Assembly (NCBI RefSeq): GCF_030028105.1
Contig: NC_092380.1
Location: forward strand, 27,305,144 to 27,369,143
Direction of reading: 5' to 3'
Origin: Mobula birostris
Lineage: Eukaryota
Length of the DNA stretch: 64,000 nt
Within the stretch, counting starts at the first letter, position 1; the number at the start of each line of letters is the position of its first letter. The notes under the pieces are model-generated. The model saw only the letters and a program-made list of their open reading frames with translations, was not told the DNA's origin and did not search any database. Position numbers and translations under genes: made by a program. Positions 1-12,920 of the stretch are shown here, in pieces.

Positions 1-685
1 ACTGAGTACCCCATGCGGTTAATTGCGAAATGCTGACATTGTGACACAAAAGGCTTTTAATGCCAGGTCGCCTCAGGCTCCGGCCATTCCCACTGCCTTC
101 CATTCCCATTCTCTCTCCTATACCCACTCTCCCTCCCATTCCCACAATCCGTTCCTATTCCCGCTGTCCGCATTCCTAGTAGATTTCGAGGCCCCGATAT
201 CCCTGTGTTTCTGGCTGCGCTTCGGAAGCAGTTTCTCTCCCCTGGGCTCCTTCATAACATGAGGGTTAACGAGACCCGAGGGGAGAGACCACAGACCTCT
301 CAAACACTCCCTGACAGGGTTCTAACCTCTTCACTATCCCAGCGGAACCCTAATCCACAAAACGGAGAGGCGGGATTCTGGGGGGGCACTGAGGAGTCCA
401 CTCAACAGGAGCACAGACTACCAACATAAACGGCCGAATTGTCCACACCCCCAACACCCATTCCCCCACCTTTCCCACTATCCCGCCTATCGCAGGTTCT
501 GCAGGTCTCGCATTGGACTCGTATGTCCGCTCCAGCTCTACATACCAGAGGCGTGAGCCACCCATTAACTGTTTCCTGTCTGCATCGCAGCGATTAATCT
601 GCTGGTCCCCATGGCTAGCCGGTGTAGGTGTGGCTCGTGGGGAAAGGTTGTTGCCTGGGAACAAAACAGGCAAAAAAAAACAGTA

Positions 686-1340
686 AACACGAGGAATTCT
701 GCAGATGCTGGAAATTCAAGCAACACACATCAAAGTTGCTGGTGAACGCAGCAGGCCAGGCAGCATCTCTAGGAAGAGGTACAGTCGACGTTTCGGGCCG
801 AGACCCTTCGGCAGGACTAACTGAAGAAAGAGCTAGTAAGAGATTTGAAAGTGGGAGGGGGAGGGGAGATCCAAAATGATAGGAGAAGACGGGGGGCTGG
901 GGGAGGGATGGAGCCAAGAGCTGGACAGGTGATTGGCAAAAGGGATATGGGAGGATCATGGGACAGGAGATCCAGGGAGAAGGAAAGTGGGGGGGGGGGG
1001 GAACCCAGAGGATGGGCAAGGGGTCTTGTCAGAGGGACAGAGGGAGAAAAAAAAGAGAGAGAGAAAGAATGTGTGTATATAAATAAATAACGGATAGGGT
1101 ACTAGGGGGAGGTGGGGCATTAGCAGAAGTTAGAGAAGTCAATGTTCATGCCATCAAGGTGCTCCAGAGTTCTGTGAGGCAGGAGAAAACTGAGACAATA
1201 GGTCTGCCAGGACAGGCAGGTTTGTGGATCTTGGGTAGGAGGTAGAAACGGAAAGTGCGGAGTGTGGGAACTATAAGGTTGGTAGCAGTGGATGGGAGAT
1301 CCCCTGAGCGGATAAAGTCGGTGATAGTGTGGGAGAAACA
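686..1340 (-). mobile_element. Penelope-like element fragment: 3' end/pseudo-LTR (686-1158) joined to an RT-region fragment (about 1160-1340)
   Basis: 724-1158 is the reverse complement of 1879-2304. The minus ORF 1146..1403 contains SHTITDFIRSGDLP...FYLLPKIHKPACPGRPIVS, a Penelope RT N-terminal motif. Confidence 0.85.
783..818 (-). ncRNA. Minimal type I hammerhead ribozyme motif in Penelope pLTR (core variant CUGCCGA)
   Basis: Minus strand reads AGTC-CTGCCGA-AGGGTCTCGGCCC-GAAA-CGTC-GACT: stem I AGTC/GACT, stem II GGG/CCC, GUC cleavage triplet, one core substitution. Confidence 0.65.
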
Positions 1341-1585
1341 CAGCTGTAAAGTAAAAATGGAAAGAATATTGCTACAGATGCATGCTGGAGAGCATCCTAA
1401 CATGCCACATCATTGCATGGTACGGAACTGTACTGTAGTGGACAGGAATCCACTACACCAAGTAATCAAAACTGCCCAACACATCACTGGCAACAGCCTA
1501 CCCACCATCAAGAACACATGTACAGAAAGGTGCTGGAAAAGGGTCAGTGACATAATGATGGATCCCACACACCCTTCCTGTGCAT

Positions 1586-2304
1586 TCCAGGTGAGGCGAC
1601 ACTTCACCTGTGAGTCGGCTGGGGTGATATACTGCGTCCGGTGCTCCCGATGTGGCCTTCTATATATTGGCGAGACCCGACACAGACTGGGAGACCATTT
1701 TGCTGAACACCTAAGCACTGTCCGCCAGAGAAAGCAGGATCTCCCAGTGGCCACACATTTTAATTCCACATCCCATTCCCGTTCTGACATGTCTATCCAT
1801 GGCCTCCTCTACTGTAAAGATGAAGCCACACTCAGGTTGGAGGAACAACACCTTATATTCCGTCTGGGTAGCCTCCAACCTGATGGCATGAACATCGACT
1901 TCTCTAACTTCTGCTAATGCCCCAACTCCCCCTCGTACCCTATCCGCTATTTTTTTTATACACACATTCTTTCTCTCACTCTCCTTTTTCTCCCTCTGTC
2001 CCTCTGACTATACCCCTTGTCCATCCTCTGGGTTCCCCCCGCCCCTTCCTTCTCCCTGGGCCTCCTGTCCCATGAACCTCCCATATCCCTTTTGCCAATC
2101 ACCTGTCCAGCTCTTGGCTCCATCTCTCCCCCTCCTGTCTTCTCCTATCATTTCGGATCTCCCCCTCCTCCTCCCACTTTCAAATCTCTTACTAGCTCTT
2201 CCTTCAGTTAGTCCTGACGAAGGGTCTTGGCCTGAAACGTCGACTGTACCTCTTCCTAGAGATGCTGCCCGACCTGCTGCGTTCACCAGCAACTTTGATG
2301 TGTG
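1586..2304 (+). mobile_element. Penelope-like element 3' part: GIY-YIG endonuclease C-terminus plus pseudo-LTR
   Basis: Translation FQVRRHFTCESAGVIYCVRCSRCGLLYIGETRHRLGDHFAEHL...EQHLIFRLGSLQPDGMN* (stop 1917) carries the VIY...YIGET motif. Followed by a pyrimidine-rich tract and a hammerhead motif. Confidence 0.9.
2210..2245 (+). ncRNA. Minimal type I hammerhead ribozyme motif, intact core
   Basis: AGTC-CTGACGA(2214-2220)-AGGGTCTTGGCCT-GAAA(2234-2237)-CGTC-GACT matches the CUGANGA/GAAA/NUH consensus with a minimal palindromic stem III, as known for Penelope elements. Confidence 0.75.
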
Positions 2305-2683
2305 AGGCAAAAGAAGGGTTAAATTTGTGAGTTAATCACTTTGAGCAGCTTTGCTGCCGCTTGCTGGTTCCTTCGGGAATTGCAATTGTACTGGTGGTTT
2401 GGAATTGGAATTTTTCAAAATCAGAATCAGGTTCAATATCACTGGCATATGTTGTGAAATTTGTTGTTTTGTGGCAGCAGTACAATGCAATACATGATAA
2501 TAAAAACAATAAATTAAGTATATGAAAATTAAATAAGTTGCTCACAAAGAGGGGAAAAATAGTAAGGGTTCACTGTCCATTCAGAAATCTGACAGCAGAG
2601 GGGAAGAAGCTATTCCTGAACTGTTGAGTGTGTCTCTTCAAGCTCCTGTAGCAATGAGAGGACGGCATGTACTGGGTGATGTG

Positions 2684-3212
2684 GGTCATAGAATCATTGA
2701 AACCTACAGCTCAGAAACAGGCCCATCGGCCTATCTAGTCCCTGCTGAACCATTAAACTGCCTAGTCCCATTGACCTGCAACAGGATTACACCCATCGAT
2801 ACCCCTGCCATCCGTGTACCTATCCAAGTTTATCTTAAGTAGTGAAATTGACCCTCCATACACCATTTGCACTGGCAGCTCATTCCACTCTCTCACCCCC
2901 TCTGAGTAAAGAAGTTCTCCCTTATGTTCCCCTGAAACTTTTCACCTTTTACACTGAACTCATGACCTCTGGTTGTAATCCCACCCAACCACAGTGGGAA
3001 AAGCCTGTTTGCACTTACCCTATCTATATCCCTCATTATTTTGTATACCTCTATCAAATTTCCCCTCAATATTCGGTGTTCCTAACCTATTCACCCTTAT
3101 AACTCAGATCCTCAAGTCCTGGCAACATCCTTGAAAATTTTATCTTCACTTTCAGTTTTGTTTACATCTTTGCTGTAGGTAGGTGACCCAAACTGCACAC
3201 AACACTCCAAGT
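2684..3212 (-). mobile_element. CR1 LINE 3' fragment (degenerate)
   Basis: Reverse complement resembles the CR1 3' ends at about 61000-61470 and 63550-63810. Confidence 0.7.
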
Positions 3213-3319
3213 TAAGAATCACCAAACTTTCCTGAACACATCTGACAAACTCTTTCCCAGCCTTTTACAATATGGGAGTCCCAGTCAATATGTGGAAAGT
3301 TAAAATCACCTACTATCAC

Positions 3320-4724
3320 TACTAACCCCGGAGGGTTCCTGTACCGTGGAAAACGTCCTGCCTCGTCCCTGTGCTGAAGACGCCGCGCCCCAGCGGCCTC
3401 AATGACTACAGACCGGTGGCATTGACCTCCCACATCATGAAGACCCTGCAGAGACTTGTTCTGGAGCTGCTCCAGCCTATGGTCAGGCCACACTTAGATC
3501 CCCTCCAGTTCGCCTACCAGCCCCGACTAGGAGTTGAGGATGCCATCATCTTCCTGCTGAACCGTGTCTACACTCACCTGGACAAGCCAGTGAGCACTGT
3601 GAGGGTCATGTTTTTTGACTTCTCCAGTGCGTTCAACACCATCCGCCCTGCTCTGCTGGGGGAGAAGCTGACAGCGATGCAGGTGGATGCTTCCCTGGTG
3701 TCATGGATTCCTGATTACCTGACTGGCAGACTCACAGTACGTGTGCTTGCAACACTGTGTGTCCGACAGAGTGATCAGCAGCACTGGGGCTCCACAGGGG
3801 ACTGTCTTGTCTCCCTTTCTCTTCACCATTTACACCTCAGACTTCAACTACTGCACAGAGTCTTGTCATCTTCAGAAGTTTTCGGATGACTCTGCCATAG
3901 TTAGATGCATCAGCAAGAGAGATGAGGGCTACTGTAGGAAACTTTGTCACATGATGTAAGCAGAATTATCTGCAGCTTAATGTGAAAAAGACTAAGGAGC
4001 TGGTGGTAGACCTGAGGAGAGCTAAGGTACCGGTGACCCCTGTTTCCATCCAGGGGGTCAGTGTGGACATGGTGGAGGATTACAAATACCTGTGGATACG
4101 AATTGACAATAAACTGGATTGATCAAAGAACACTGAGGCTGTCTACAAGAAGGGTCAGAGCTGTCTCTACTTCCTGAGGAGACTGAGGTCCTTTAACATC
4201 TGCCGGACGATGCTGAGGATGTTCTACGAGTCTGTGGTAGCCAGTGCTATCATGTTTGCTGTTGTGTGCTGGGGCAGCAGGCTGAGGGTAGCTGACACCA
4301 ACAGAATCAACAAACTCATTCGTAAAGCCAGTGATGTTGTGGGGATGGAACTGGACTCTCTGACGGTGGTGTCTGAAAAGAGGATGCTGTCTAAGTTGCA
4401 TGCCATCTTGGTCAATGTCTCCCATCCACTACATAATGTACTGGGTGGGCACAGGAGTACATTCAGCCAGAGACTCATTCCTCCAAGATGCAGCACAGAG
4501 CATCATAGGAAGTCATTCCTGCCTGTGGCCATCAAACTTTACAACTCCTCCCTTGGATGGTCAGACACCCTGTGCCGGTAGGCTGGTCCTGGACTTATTT
4601 CATAATTTACTGGCATAATTTACATATTACTATTTAACTATTTATGGTTTTATGACTATTCATTATTTATGGTGCAACTGTAACGAAAACCAACTTCCCC
4701 CGGGATCAATAAAGTATGACTATG
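3320..4724 (+). mobile_element. Rex1/Babar-like LINE, 5'-truncated RT pseudogene with (TATGAC)n tail
   Basis: ORFs 3371..3889, 3741..3959 and 4210..4581: NDYRPVALTS, DPLQFAYQ, FFDFSSAFNTI, GAPQGTVLSPFLF, KFSDDS. AATAAA followed by TATGAC repeats. ACTATCAC flanks both sides (3312-3319, 4725-4732). Inserted in a minus-strand CR1 endonuclease fragment. Confidence 0.88.
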
Positions 4725-5090
4725 ACTATCACACCCTTAAGTTTCTTGCAACAGTCTGCGATCTCTACAAATCTGCTCGGCTAAAATCCTGCAGGTGGTT
4801 GGGTTGTCTATAATATAAACCTATTAACATAGTTGTAAATTTCTTATTCCTTGCTTCTACCCATAAAGCCTCACAAGACAACCTCTCTAATCTGTCCTGT
4901 CTGAGGATGACCGTGACATTTTCCCCGATTAGTAATGCCACCCATCCCCCCTTAATCTCTCCCACTGCATCACATCTAAAACAACGGAACCCCCCGGAAT
5001 ATTGAGCTGCCAGTCCTGACCCTCCTACAACCAAGTCTCACTAATGGCTACAATGTAATAATTCCACGTGCTGATTCATGCCCTAAGCTC

Positions 5091-5770
5091 GAGGAAGAGA
5101 AGGTAGCGGCGCGATGCAGTGCACGCGGCCTCTCCGGTGATGGATATCTGTAATCTGTCAAGTAGGGTGCCGTGCACAATTCTGATTTGATGGAGGCAGA
5201 CGTGAGAGCACGGAGGAACATCTGGTGAAACTTCTGAAATGCCTGTTTCGCTGCCGCCGCTACTGTGTGATCCGAAATCTCCGGAGGGGAAGGCCCCGAG
5301 TCCTCGGCTTTGCTTGTTGCTTGGCAGCCGCGGCCGGGATCAAAGTGCTCGGCAGAGACGGTGCTCGGTGCTCGGTGTCGGAGAGCTGGTCGGAGGCTCA
5401 AAGCTTTTGGACGGACTCAGAGTCGGTTGTGGTCGGGTGCTTCCAGGATGCTGCATCGGCAAGTTTGCGGTGCTGGAGGCTCATGGCAGGGAGAGTTTTC
5501 TTCCTTCTACCATTTGTGTGAGATGCTGGGCTATCCGGACTTTGAGACTTTTTTTTACCGTGCCCATGGGCTGCTCTTATCAAATTACGATATTGCTTTG
5601 CACTGTTGTAACTATATGTTATAACTATGTGGTTTTTGTCAGTTTTAGTCTTAGTCTGTCTTGTGTTTTTGTGATATCATACTGGAGGAACATTGTATCA
5701 TTTTTTTAATGCATGCATTTCTAAATGACAATAAACGAGGACTGAGTGTCCTCATAATCTAAAAATCTAA
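5091..5770 (+). mobile_element. Non-autonomous retroposon (about 680 bp, CpG-rich head, AATAAA and (AATCT)n tail), copy 1
   Basis: Closely similar to 7653-8338. AAGCTC duplicated at 5085-5090 and 5771-5776. No credible ORF. Confidence 0.75.
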
Positions 5771-7652
5771 AAGCTCATCAGAATCATTTTATTGCCAGCA
5801 TGTGAGACATACCTGAATTGACTGTCATTTGGTGCCAAGCACAAAACACAAGACAATACCATAACAGACAACACAATAGCAACCAACAATTTACAAGACA
5901 GTAGTGCAAACAGCCATGAGAAAGCTACACTTAGCAGAACGGTCACATCTGCAAATGTTAATAATCAAACTTAATAAATGTGAACATATGAACAGACTCA
6001 ATGAATATCAATGGAACAAGAAGAACAGGAAAGGCCATTTAACGGATGCTGTGCGGGGAGAGTCAGGGTATTACAGCTGAGTGAGTTTTGTTGAGGAGCT
6101 GGATGGCTACAGGAAAGAAGCTTCGGAGATGGTGTGTAGTCTGGTGGTGATGGACTCGTAGCATCTCCCTGGCGACAATTTTGCTGGATAGGTGACTGCT
6201 AGGATGGGTGGAGTCAGCAGCAATTCTTTCAGCTCTTTCCTTCACTCCGGGGATGAACAGGTTGTTTAATATCAGTCGCTGACAGCCAATGATCTTCTCC
6301 AACGAGTGGACCACTCACTACAACCTGGACGTCGAGAGGGAGGAGGCAACGGGAAAGCAAATGGCGATAGAGGTGGCCACAACACTCTCAATGATAGCTG
6401 AGTAAAAGTTCATCAGGACACGCCCTGAGATATTGTTTTCTGGCTGGTGTGGGAAGAATAATCTCAGCTGGGCTTTCCTGGTGACGAGCGAAACGTGCTT
6501 GTCCCACTTCAATATATTGGTATTAGTGAGGGCCTCCGTCAGTCAGAGTTGACCTTGGACGTTGCATACTTGCTGTCCAGATATGTATGCCTGGGCAGTA
6601 CAACATGGAGAGCAAGCGGGTGCCTAAGTAGCAAGCTCCCCCTCTCCACGCATCCAATGAACCCAAAGGAACAGCAGACATTGATATAGTTTAACACCAG
6701 CAACATTACAGGAGTTGCCAGTCAGCATTGAACTCAATGTAGGACTGCCCTAGGGACTCCAGCTCTGTAGATATTGGATCAGGCAAGTAGGAACTCAGCC
6801 TTACATATTGCTTCAGGGAGTTTGTAATCCACTGACAGATACTGCAGGGTACTACTAGCTGGGTTAGCTTGTTGTGGAGCAACTCTGGATCAGCAGTGCT
6901 GAAGGTGGAGCTAAAACCCACAGACAAGTCCTGCCAAAGGGTCTCGGCCCAACTCGTTGACTGTGCTCTTATCCACAGATGCTGCCTGGCCTGCTGTGTA
7001 CATACATCTATTGATGCTTCTGGACACATCTTCAGTGATGTTCCTGGAATCATCGGGTGTTTCAGGTCTTTCAACATCATACAACCTCCTCCAGGTGACC
7101 CAGCCGGGGCTGATCAGACCCCAGCTTGTGTCCAGATGGCTAGCTACTTATGACTCCATGGCTCCCCTCTTTTGAGCCACAGCCATCTTGAGGCCCTCTC
7201 TGCCACATCGGTGGTGGTGGTACTGCGGATGGCTCTCCTCTTCCTCTCTCCCTCGATGCCCAAATTGCTGAAGGTTCTAAATAAGGAACAGGCTACGAAT
7301 CCCCTACAACCAACCTCCACTGGGAGACACCTCGCTTTCCATCCAGCCTGCTGACAGTTGCTGACAGCATTTTGTGTGTGTCGCTTGGATTTCCAGCATC
7401 GGCACATTTTCTCCTGCTTGAGACAAGATCCTCACATATTGTGGGTGCAGAGGGAGTAAAAACGTTGAGGAATGTGGTCAGCCTTTCCTACAATAGTCTT
7501 TGCATTGAAGTATACATAGCTCAGAATCTTAGTCCGACAATGTTGAAACTTTTGACTCCTGACTTTGTATGAAGCTTTAACAACATTTTCTCCGCAAGTA
7601 CTCCACTATCTGTTGTGGTGCTCTGGTTCCCATCCCCCTGTAACTCTTTGGG

Positions 7653-8338
7653 AGGGAGGAGAAGATGGCGGCGCGACTCAGCGTGTGCGGCCTCTCCGGT
7701 GAATGATATCGGTATATGTAAGTAGGATGCCGTGCACGATTCTGATTTGATGGAGACAGACATGAGAAGCACGGAGGAACATCTGGTGAAACTTCTGAAA
7801 TACCTGGTTTGCTGCCGCTGCTACTGTGCGATCGAGAATCTCCGGAGGGGAAGGCCCCAAATCCTCGGCTTTGCCTGTTGCTGACGGCCAGGGATGGGGT
7901 CGAAGCGCTCGGCAGAGATGGCGCTCGGTGCTCGGTGTCAGAGGGCTAGTTGGAGGCTTGAAGTTTTCGGACGGACTCAGAGTCGGACTGTGGTCGGGTG
8001 CTTCCAGGATGCTGCATCGGCAAGTTTGTGGCGCTGGAAGCTCATGGCAGGGAGAGTTTTCTTCCTTCTACTGTCTGCGTGAGATGATGGGACTTTCGAG
8101 AGACTTTGAGATTTTTTTTTACCGTGCCCATGGTCTGTTCTCTATCAAATTACGGTATTGCTTGCACTGTTGTAACTATATGTAATAATTATATGGTTTT
8201 TGTCAGTTTTCAGCCTTGGTCTGTCTTGTGCTTCTGTGATATCATCCTGGAGGAACATTGTATCATTTCTTAATGCATGCATTACTAAATGACAATAAAA
8301 GAGGACTGCGTGTCCTCATAATCTAATCTAATCTAATC
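7653..8338 (+). mobile_element. Non-autonomous retroposon, copy 2
   Basis: Collinear with 5091-5770. Ends AATAAAAGAGGACTGCGTGTCCTCAT(AATCT)4. Confidence 0.75.
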
Positions 8339-8389
8339 TCCTCCCCCCTCCCACCCCCACCATTGTGCAGTTCAGTGATGAATGCCACC

Positions 8390-10180
8390 ATTTTGAGGCG
8401 TCGTCTTCAATGCTGGGGAAGCTGGCTGAGCTTTCAACTTCCTGCAGCTTTTTCTGATCTCGTACAGTGTCCTCTTCATACTGGACGGTGCCATTGGTAA
8501 TATAGCCAGACTCCTCAAACTCCTAATGAAATATGCTATCGTGCCTTCTTTGTAATTACATCAATATGTTGGGCCCAGGATAATCAGCTGATCCACCCTG
8601 TTCCCGTACACATCACCATCCGAAATTCTGCCAACAATTGTTGTGTTGTCGGCAAGTTTATAGATGGCATTTGAGCTGTGCCTAGCCACAGAGTCGTGGG
8701 TATAGAGAGAGTAGAGCAGTGGGCTAAGCACACGTCTTTGACGTGCGCCAGTGCTGATTGTCAGAAAAGCGGAGATGTTATTTCTGTACGGCACTGACTG
8801 TGGTCTCCTGGTGAGGAAATCAAGGACCCCATCACAGAGGGAGGTACAGAGGCCCAGGTTTGGGGCTTGTTCATTAGTACTGAGGGTGTGATGGTGTTGA
8901 ACACTGAGCTATAATCAATAACCACAGGTAATACTATTGTCCAGGTAATCCAAGGCTGAGTGGAGAGACAAAGCATCCACTGTAGACCAATTGTGGTGAT
9001 AGACAAATTGCAGTAGGTCCAGGTCCCAACTGAGCTATGACTTCATCTCAGTAGCTGTGAATGCCGCTGGTTGATAGTCATTGAGGCAGCTCACCCTGCT
9101 CTTGGGCACTGGTATCATTGTTGCTCTTTTGAAGAAGGTGGCAACTTCTGACTGTAACAGTGAGAGATTGAAGATGTCCTTAAACACTCCCACCAGTTGG
9201 TTTGCACAGGTTTTCAGTGATCTACTGGGTACATCAGGGCCTGGCGCCTTGCGAGAGCTCACCCACTTGAAAGATGTTCCGAGACAGAGGTCACAGGGTC
9301 ATCAGATGCTGCAGGGATTCACACAGGGGTAGTTTTATTCTCCCTCTCGAAGCGTGATTAAAAGGCATTCAGCTCATCCAGGAGTGAAGCATCATAGCCA
9401 TTCGTGATGCTCGGTTTTGCTTTGTAGGAAAGTAATTGCCAGAGCTGACGTGTATCCGATTCCATCTCAGACCTCAGTCAGAGTTGGTTTTTCTCCCTCT
9501 TAAATTAGCCTTGCATAGGTCGTACCTGGACTTCTTGTATAGTTCTGGATCACCAGTCTTGAATGCCACAGATATACTCTGCCCCAGACTACAAATCTCC
9601 TGGTTCATCCACTTCTTTTGATTTGGGTATGTCTGGTGTGCTCTCAAAAGCACACACATTCATCCATACTGGTCTTGAAGTCAGTGAAAACTGTGGCATA
9701 TTCCTTCAAATTCAAAGATGAATCCCTGAATATTGACCTGACCGCTGACTCAAAGCAGTCTTGTAAGTGCTCCTCCGCCTCTCTTGACCATACCTTCTTG
9801 GTCCTCATCACTGGCGTTGCGGTCTTTAGTCTCCGCGTACACGCTCGGAGTAGAAGTACAGCCAGGTGATCAGACTTTCCAAAGTGCAGCTGTGAGATGG
9901 CATGGTAAGTTGATGGTGGTATGACAGTGGTCAGGTGTGTTGGCTCCTTTGGGTTTCACAGGTGATATGTTGGTGGTAGCTGTTCAGAGACATCTTCAAG
10001 CTGGCCTGGTTGATATCTCCCACAATGATAAGGAAGGCCTCACGGTGCCCTGTTTCGTGCCTGCTGATTGTGATGCCCAGCTCCTTCAGTGCCTGCCTGA
10101 TGTTGCTCTGAGGGGGAATGTACACTGCTACCAGGATGTTGGTGGAAATCTCCCTTCAGCAGATAAAAAAAGATGTCATT
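8390..10180 (-). mobile_element. Degenerate LINE (Rex1/Babar-like) endonuclease plus RT fragment
   Basis: Minus ORFs: YIPPQ...IIVGDINQA, KAPGPD...[38 protein letters not shown]...KLADNTT. Confidence 0.8.
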
Positions 10181-10539
10181 TGACCACTAGCTGTTCCAGG
10201 TTGGGTGAGCAGGCCTTGTTTTCAAACAGAATATAACAGAGCAGAACATTACTGAATTATACTCATAGGTGGACTCAGCCCAATACATCATGGTCCCATC
10301 CCTCCCACCATCAGTAGTACCTACATGAGTTATTGCCTCAAGAAGGCAACAGCCATCACCAAAGATCCCCACCATCTGGGCCATGCCAGAAGCCTGAAGT
10401 CTGACGCCACCAGGTTCCATAACAGTTTCTTGCTCTCAACCATGATATCCTTAAGACCAGTGCCCCAGAAGAGCTGAGTGAGCTGCCTCAAAGACCATCG
10501 CCCAATGGCACTCACATCTACTGTGACGAAGTGTTTTAG

Positions 10540-11660
10540 ACAATAGACAATAGGTGCAGGAGTAGGCCATTCGGCCCTTCGAGCCAGCACCACCATTCAC
10601 TGTGATCATGGCTGATCATCCACTATCAGTATCCAGTTCCTGCCTTATCCCCTTAACCTTTGATTCCGCTATCTTTAAGAGCTCTATCCATCTCTTTTTT
10701 GAAAGCATCCAGAGACTTGGCCTCCACAGCCTTCTGGGGCAGAGCATTCCATATATCCACCACTCTCTGGGTGAAAAAGTTTTTCCTCAACTCCATTCTA
10801 AATGGACTACCCCTAATTCTTAAACTGTGGCCTCTGGTTCTGGACTCACCCATCAGCGGGAACATGCTTCTTGCCTGCAGCGTGTCCAATCCCTTAATAA
10901 TCTTATGTTTCAATAAGATCCCCTCTCAGCCTTCTAAATTCTAGAGTATACAAGCCCAGTCGCTCCAATCTTTCGATATATGACAGTCCCACCATCCTGG
11001 GAATTAACCTTGTGAAACTACGCTGCACTCCCTCAATAGCAAGAATGTCCTTCCTCAAATTTGGAGACCAAAACTGCACACAGTACTCCAGGTGTGGTCT
11101 CACCAGGGCCCTGTACAGCTGCAGAAGGACCTCTTTGCTCTTATACTCAATTCCCCTTGTTATGAAGGCCAGCATGCCATTAGCTTTCTTCACTGCCTGC
11201 TGTACTTGCATGCTTGCTTTCAGTGATTGATGTACAAGAACACCTAGATCTCGTGCTTCCCCTTTTCTTAACTTGACTCCACTTAGATAATAATCTGCCT
11301 TCCTGTTCTTACCACCAAAGTGGATAACCTCACATTTATCCACATTAAACTGCATCTGCCCACTCACCCAGCCTGTCCAAGTTACCCTGCATTCTCATAA
11401 CATCCTCCTCACATTTCACACTGCCACCCAGCTTTGTGTCATCGGCAAATTTGCTAATGTTACTTTTAATTCCCTCATCTAAATCATTAATATATATTGT
11501 AAACAGCTGCGGTCCCAGCATTGAACCCTGCGGTACCCCACTGGTCACCGCCTGCCATTCCGAAAGGGACCCGTTAAACGCTACTCTTTGTTTTCCGTCA
11601 GCCAGCCAATTTTCAATCCATGTCAGTACTCTGCCCCCAATACCATGTGCCCTAATTTTG
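10540..11660 (-). mobile_element. CR1 LINE 3' half (RT), nested in an older + strand LINE
   Basis: [54 protein letters not shown]. Short repeat tail at about 10540. The host LINE resumes on both sides. Confidence 0.9.
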
Positions 11661-12920
11661 AGAAGCTAGAATCAACTCCTGCCTCAGCAAGGACCTTGAC
11701 CTGCTGCAATTTGCCTTTCATCACAATAGTTGTACAATAGATGTAATCTCACTGGCTCTTCTCTCAGCCTTGGATCACCAGGACAATAGTATTATTTATG
11801 TCGGGCTGCTACTTAGCATTCAACACAATCATAGCCTCAATTCTAATCAAAAAGCTGAAAAACATGGGCCTCTGTACCACCCTCTGCAACTGGATCTTTG
11901 ACTTCCTCACCAGGAGACTACTGTCTGTTAAGATCAAAATTAATATTTCCTCTGCTAACAATCAACACTGGCACATCTCAGGGATGCGTGCTTAGCCCAC
12001 TACTCTACTTTCTGTACACCCACGACTGTGTGTCTAGGCATGGCTCAATTCCATCTATAAATTTGCTGAGGACACAACTACTGTTGGCAGAATTTCAGGT
12101 GGTGATGAGGAGGCGTACAGAAGCGAGATCAATCAGCTGGTTGAGTGGTGTCGCAGCAACAACCTCGCACTCAACGTCAGTAAGACCAAGAAATTGATTG
12201 TGGACTTCAGGAATGGTAAGCTGAGGGAAAACACACCAGTCCTCATCAAGGGATCAGAGTGGTAAGGGTGAGCAGTTTCAAGTTCTTGGGTATCAACATC
12301 TCTGAGGATCTATCCTAGGCCCAACATACTGATGCAACTACAAAGAAGACTTGACAGTGGCTATATTTCATTAGGGAGTTGAGGAATGACACGTCGCCAA
12401 CAACATTTGCAAATTTCTACAGATATACTCTGGAGAGCATTCTAGCTGTTTGCTTCACTGTCTGGTATAGAGGGGCCACTGCACAGGATTGGAAAGAGCT
12501 GCAGAAAGTTGTAAACTCAGCTAGCTCCATCATGGGCCCAAACCTCCCCAACATCGAGGGCACCTTCAAAAGGTGATGCCTCAAAAAGGCAGCATCCATC
12601 ATTAAGGACCCACCGTCACCCAGAACATACCCTCTTCTCATTGGTACCATCAAGGAGAAGGTACAGGCGCCAAAAGGCACACTCTCAACATTGCAGGAAC
12701 TGCTTCTTCCCCTCCACCATTGGGTTTCTGAATGGACAATAAATCTATAAACCAGCCTTAGTATTTTGTTTCCCTCTTTTTTTGCACTACTTATTTAATT
12801 TGTTGTTTTATATATACACGTTGCAATTTATCATTTTTATTGTTATGTATTTCAATGTACTGTTGCTGCAAAACAACAAATTTCACGACATAATATTAAA
12901 CCTGACTTCGATTCTGATTC
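11661..12920 (+). mobile_element. Degenerate LINE RT plus 3' UTR (continuation of 10455-10540)
   Basis: [43 protein letters not shown]-rich 3' UTR with a GATTCT-type tail. Confidence 0.8.

Noticed and set aside
1255-1917. 220-aa ORF as a novel GIY-YIG fusion gene
   Set aside because: A chance in-frame join of antisense Penelope RT, a LINE scrap and the Penelope endonuclease end, with a non-ATG start.
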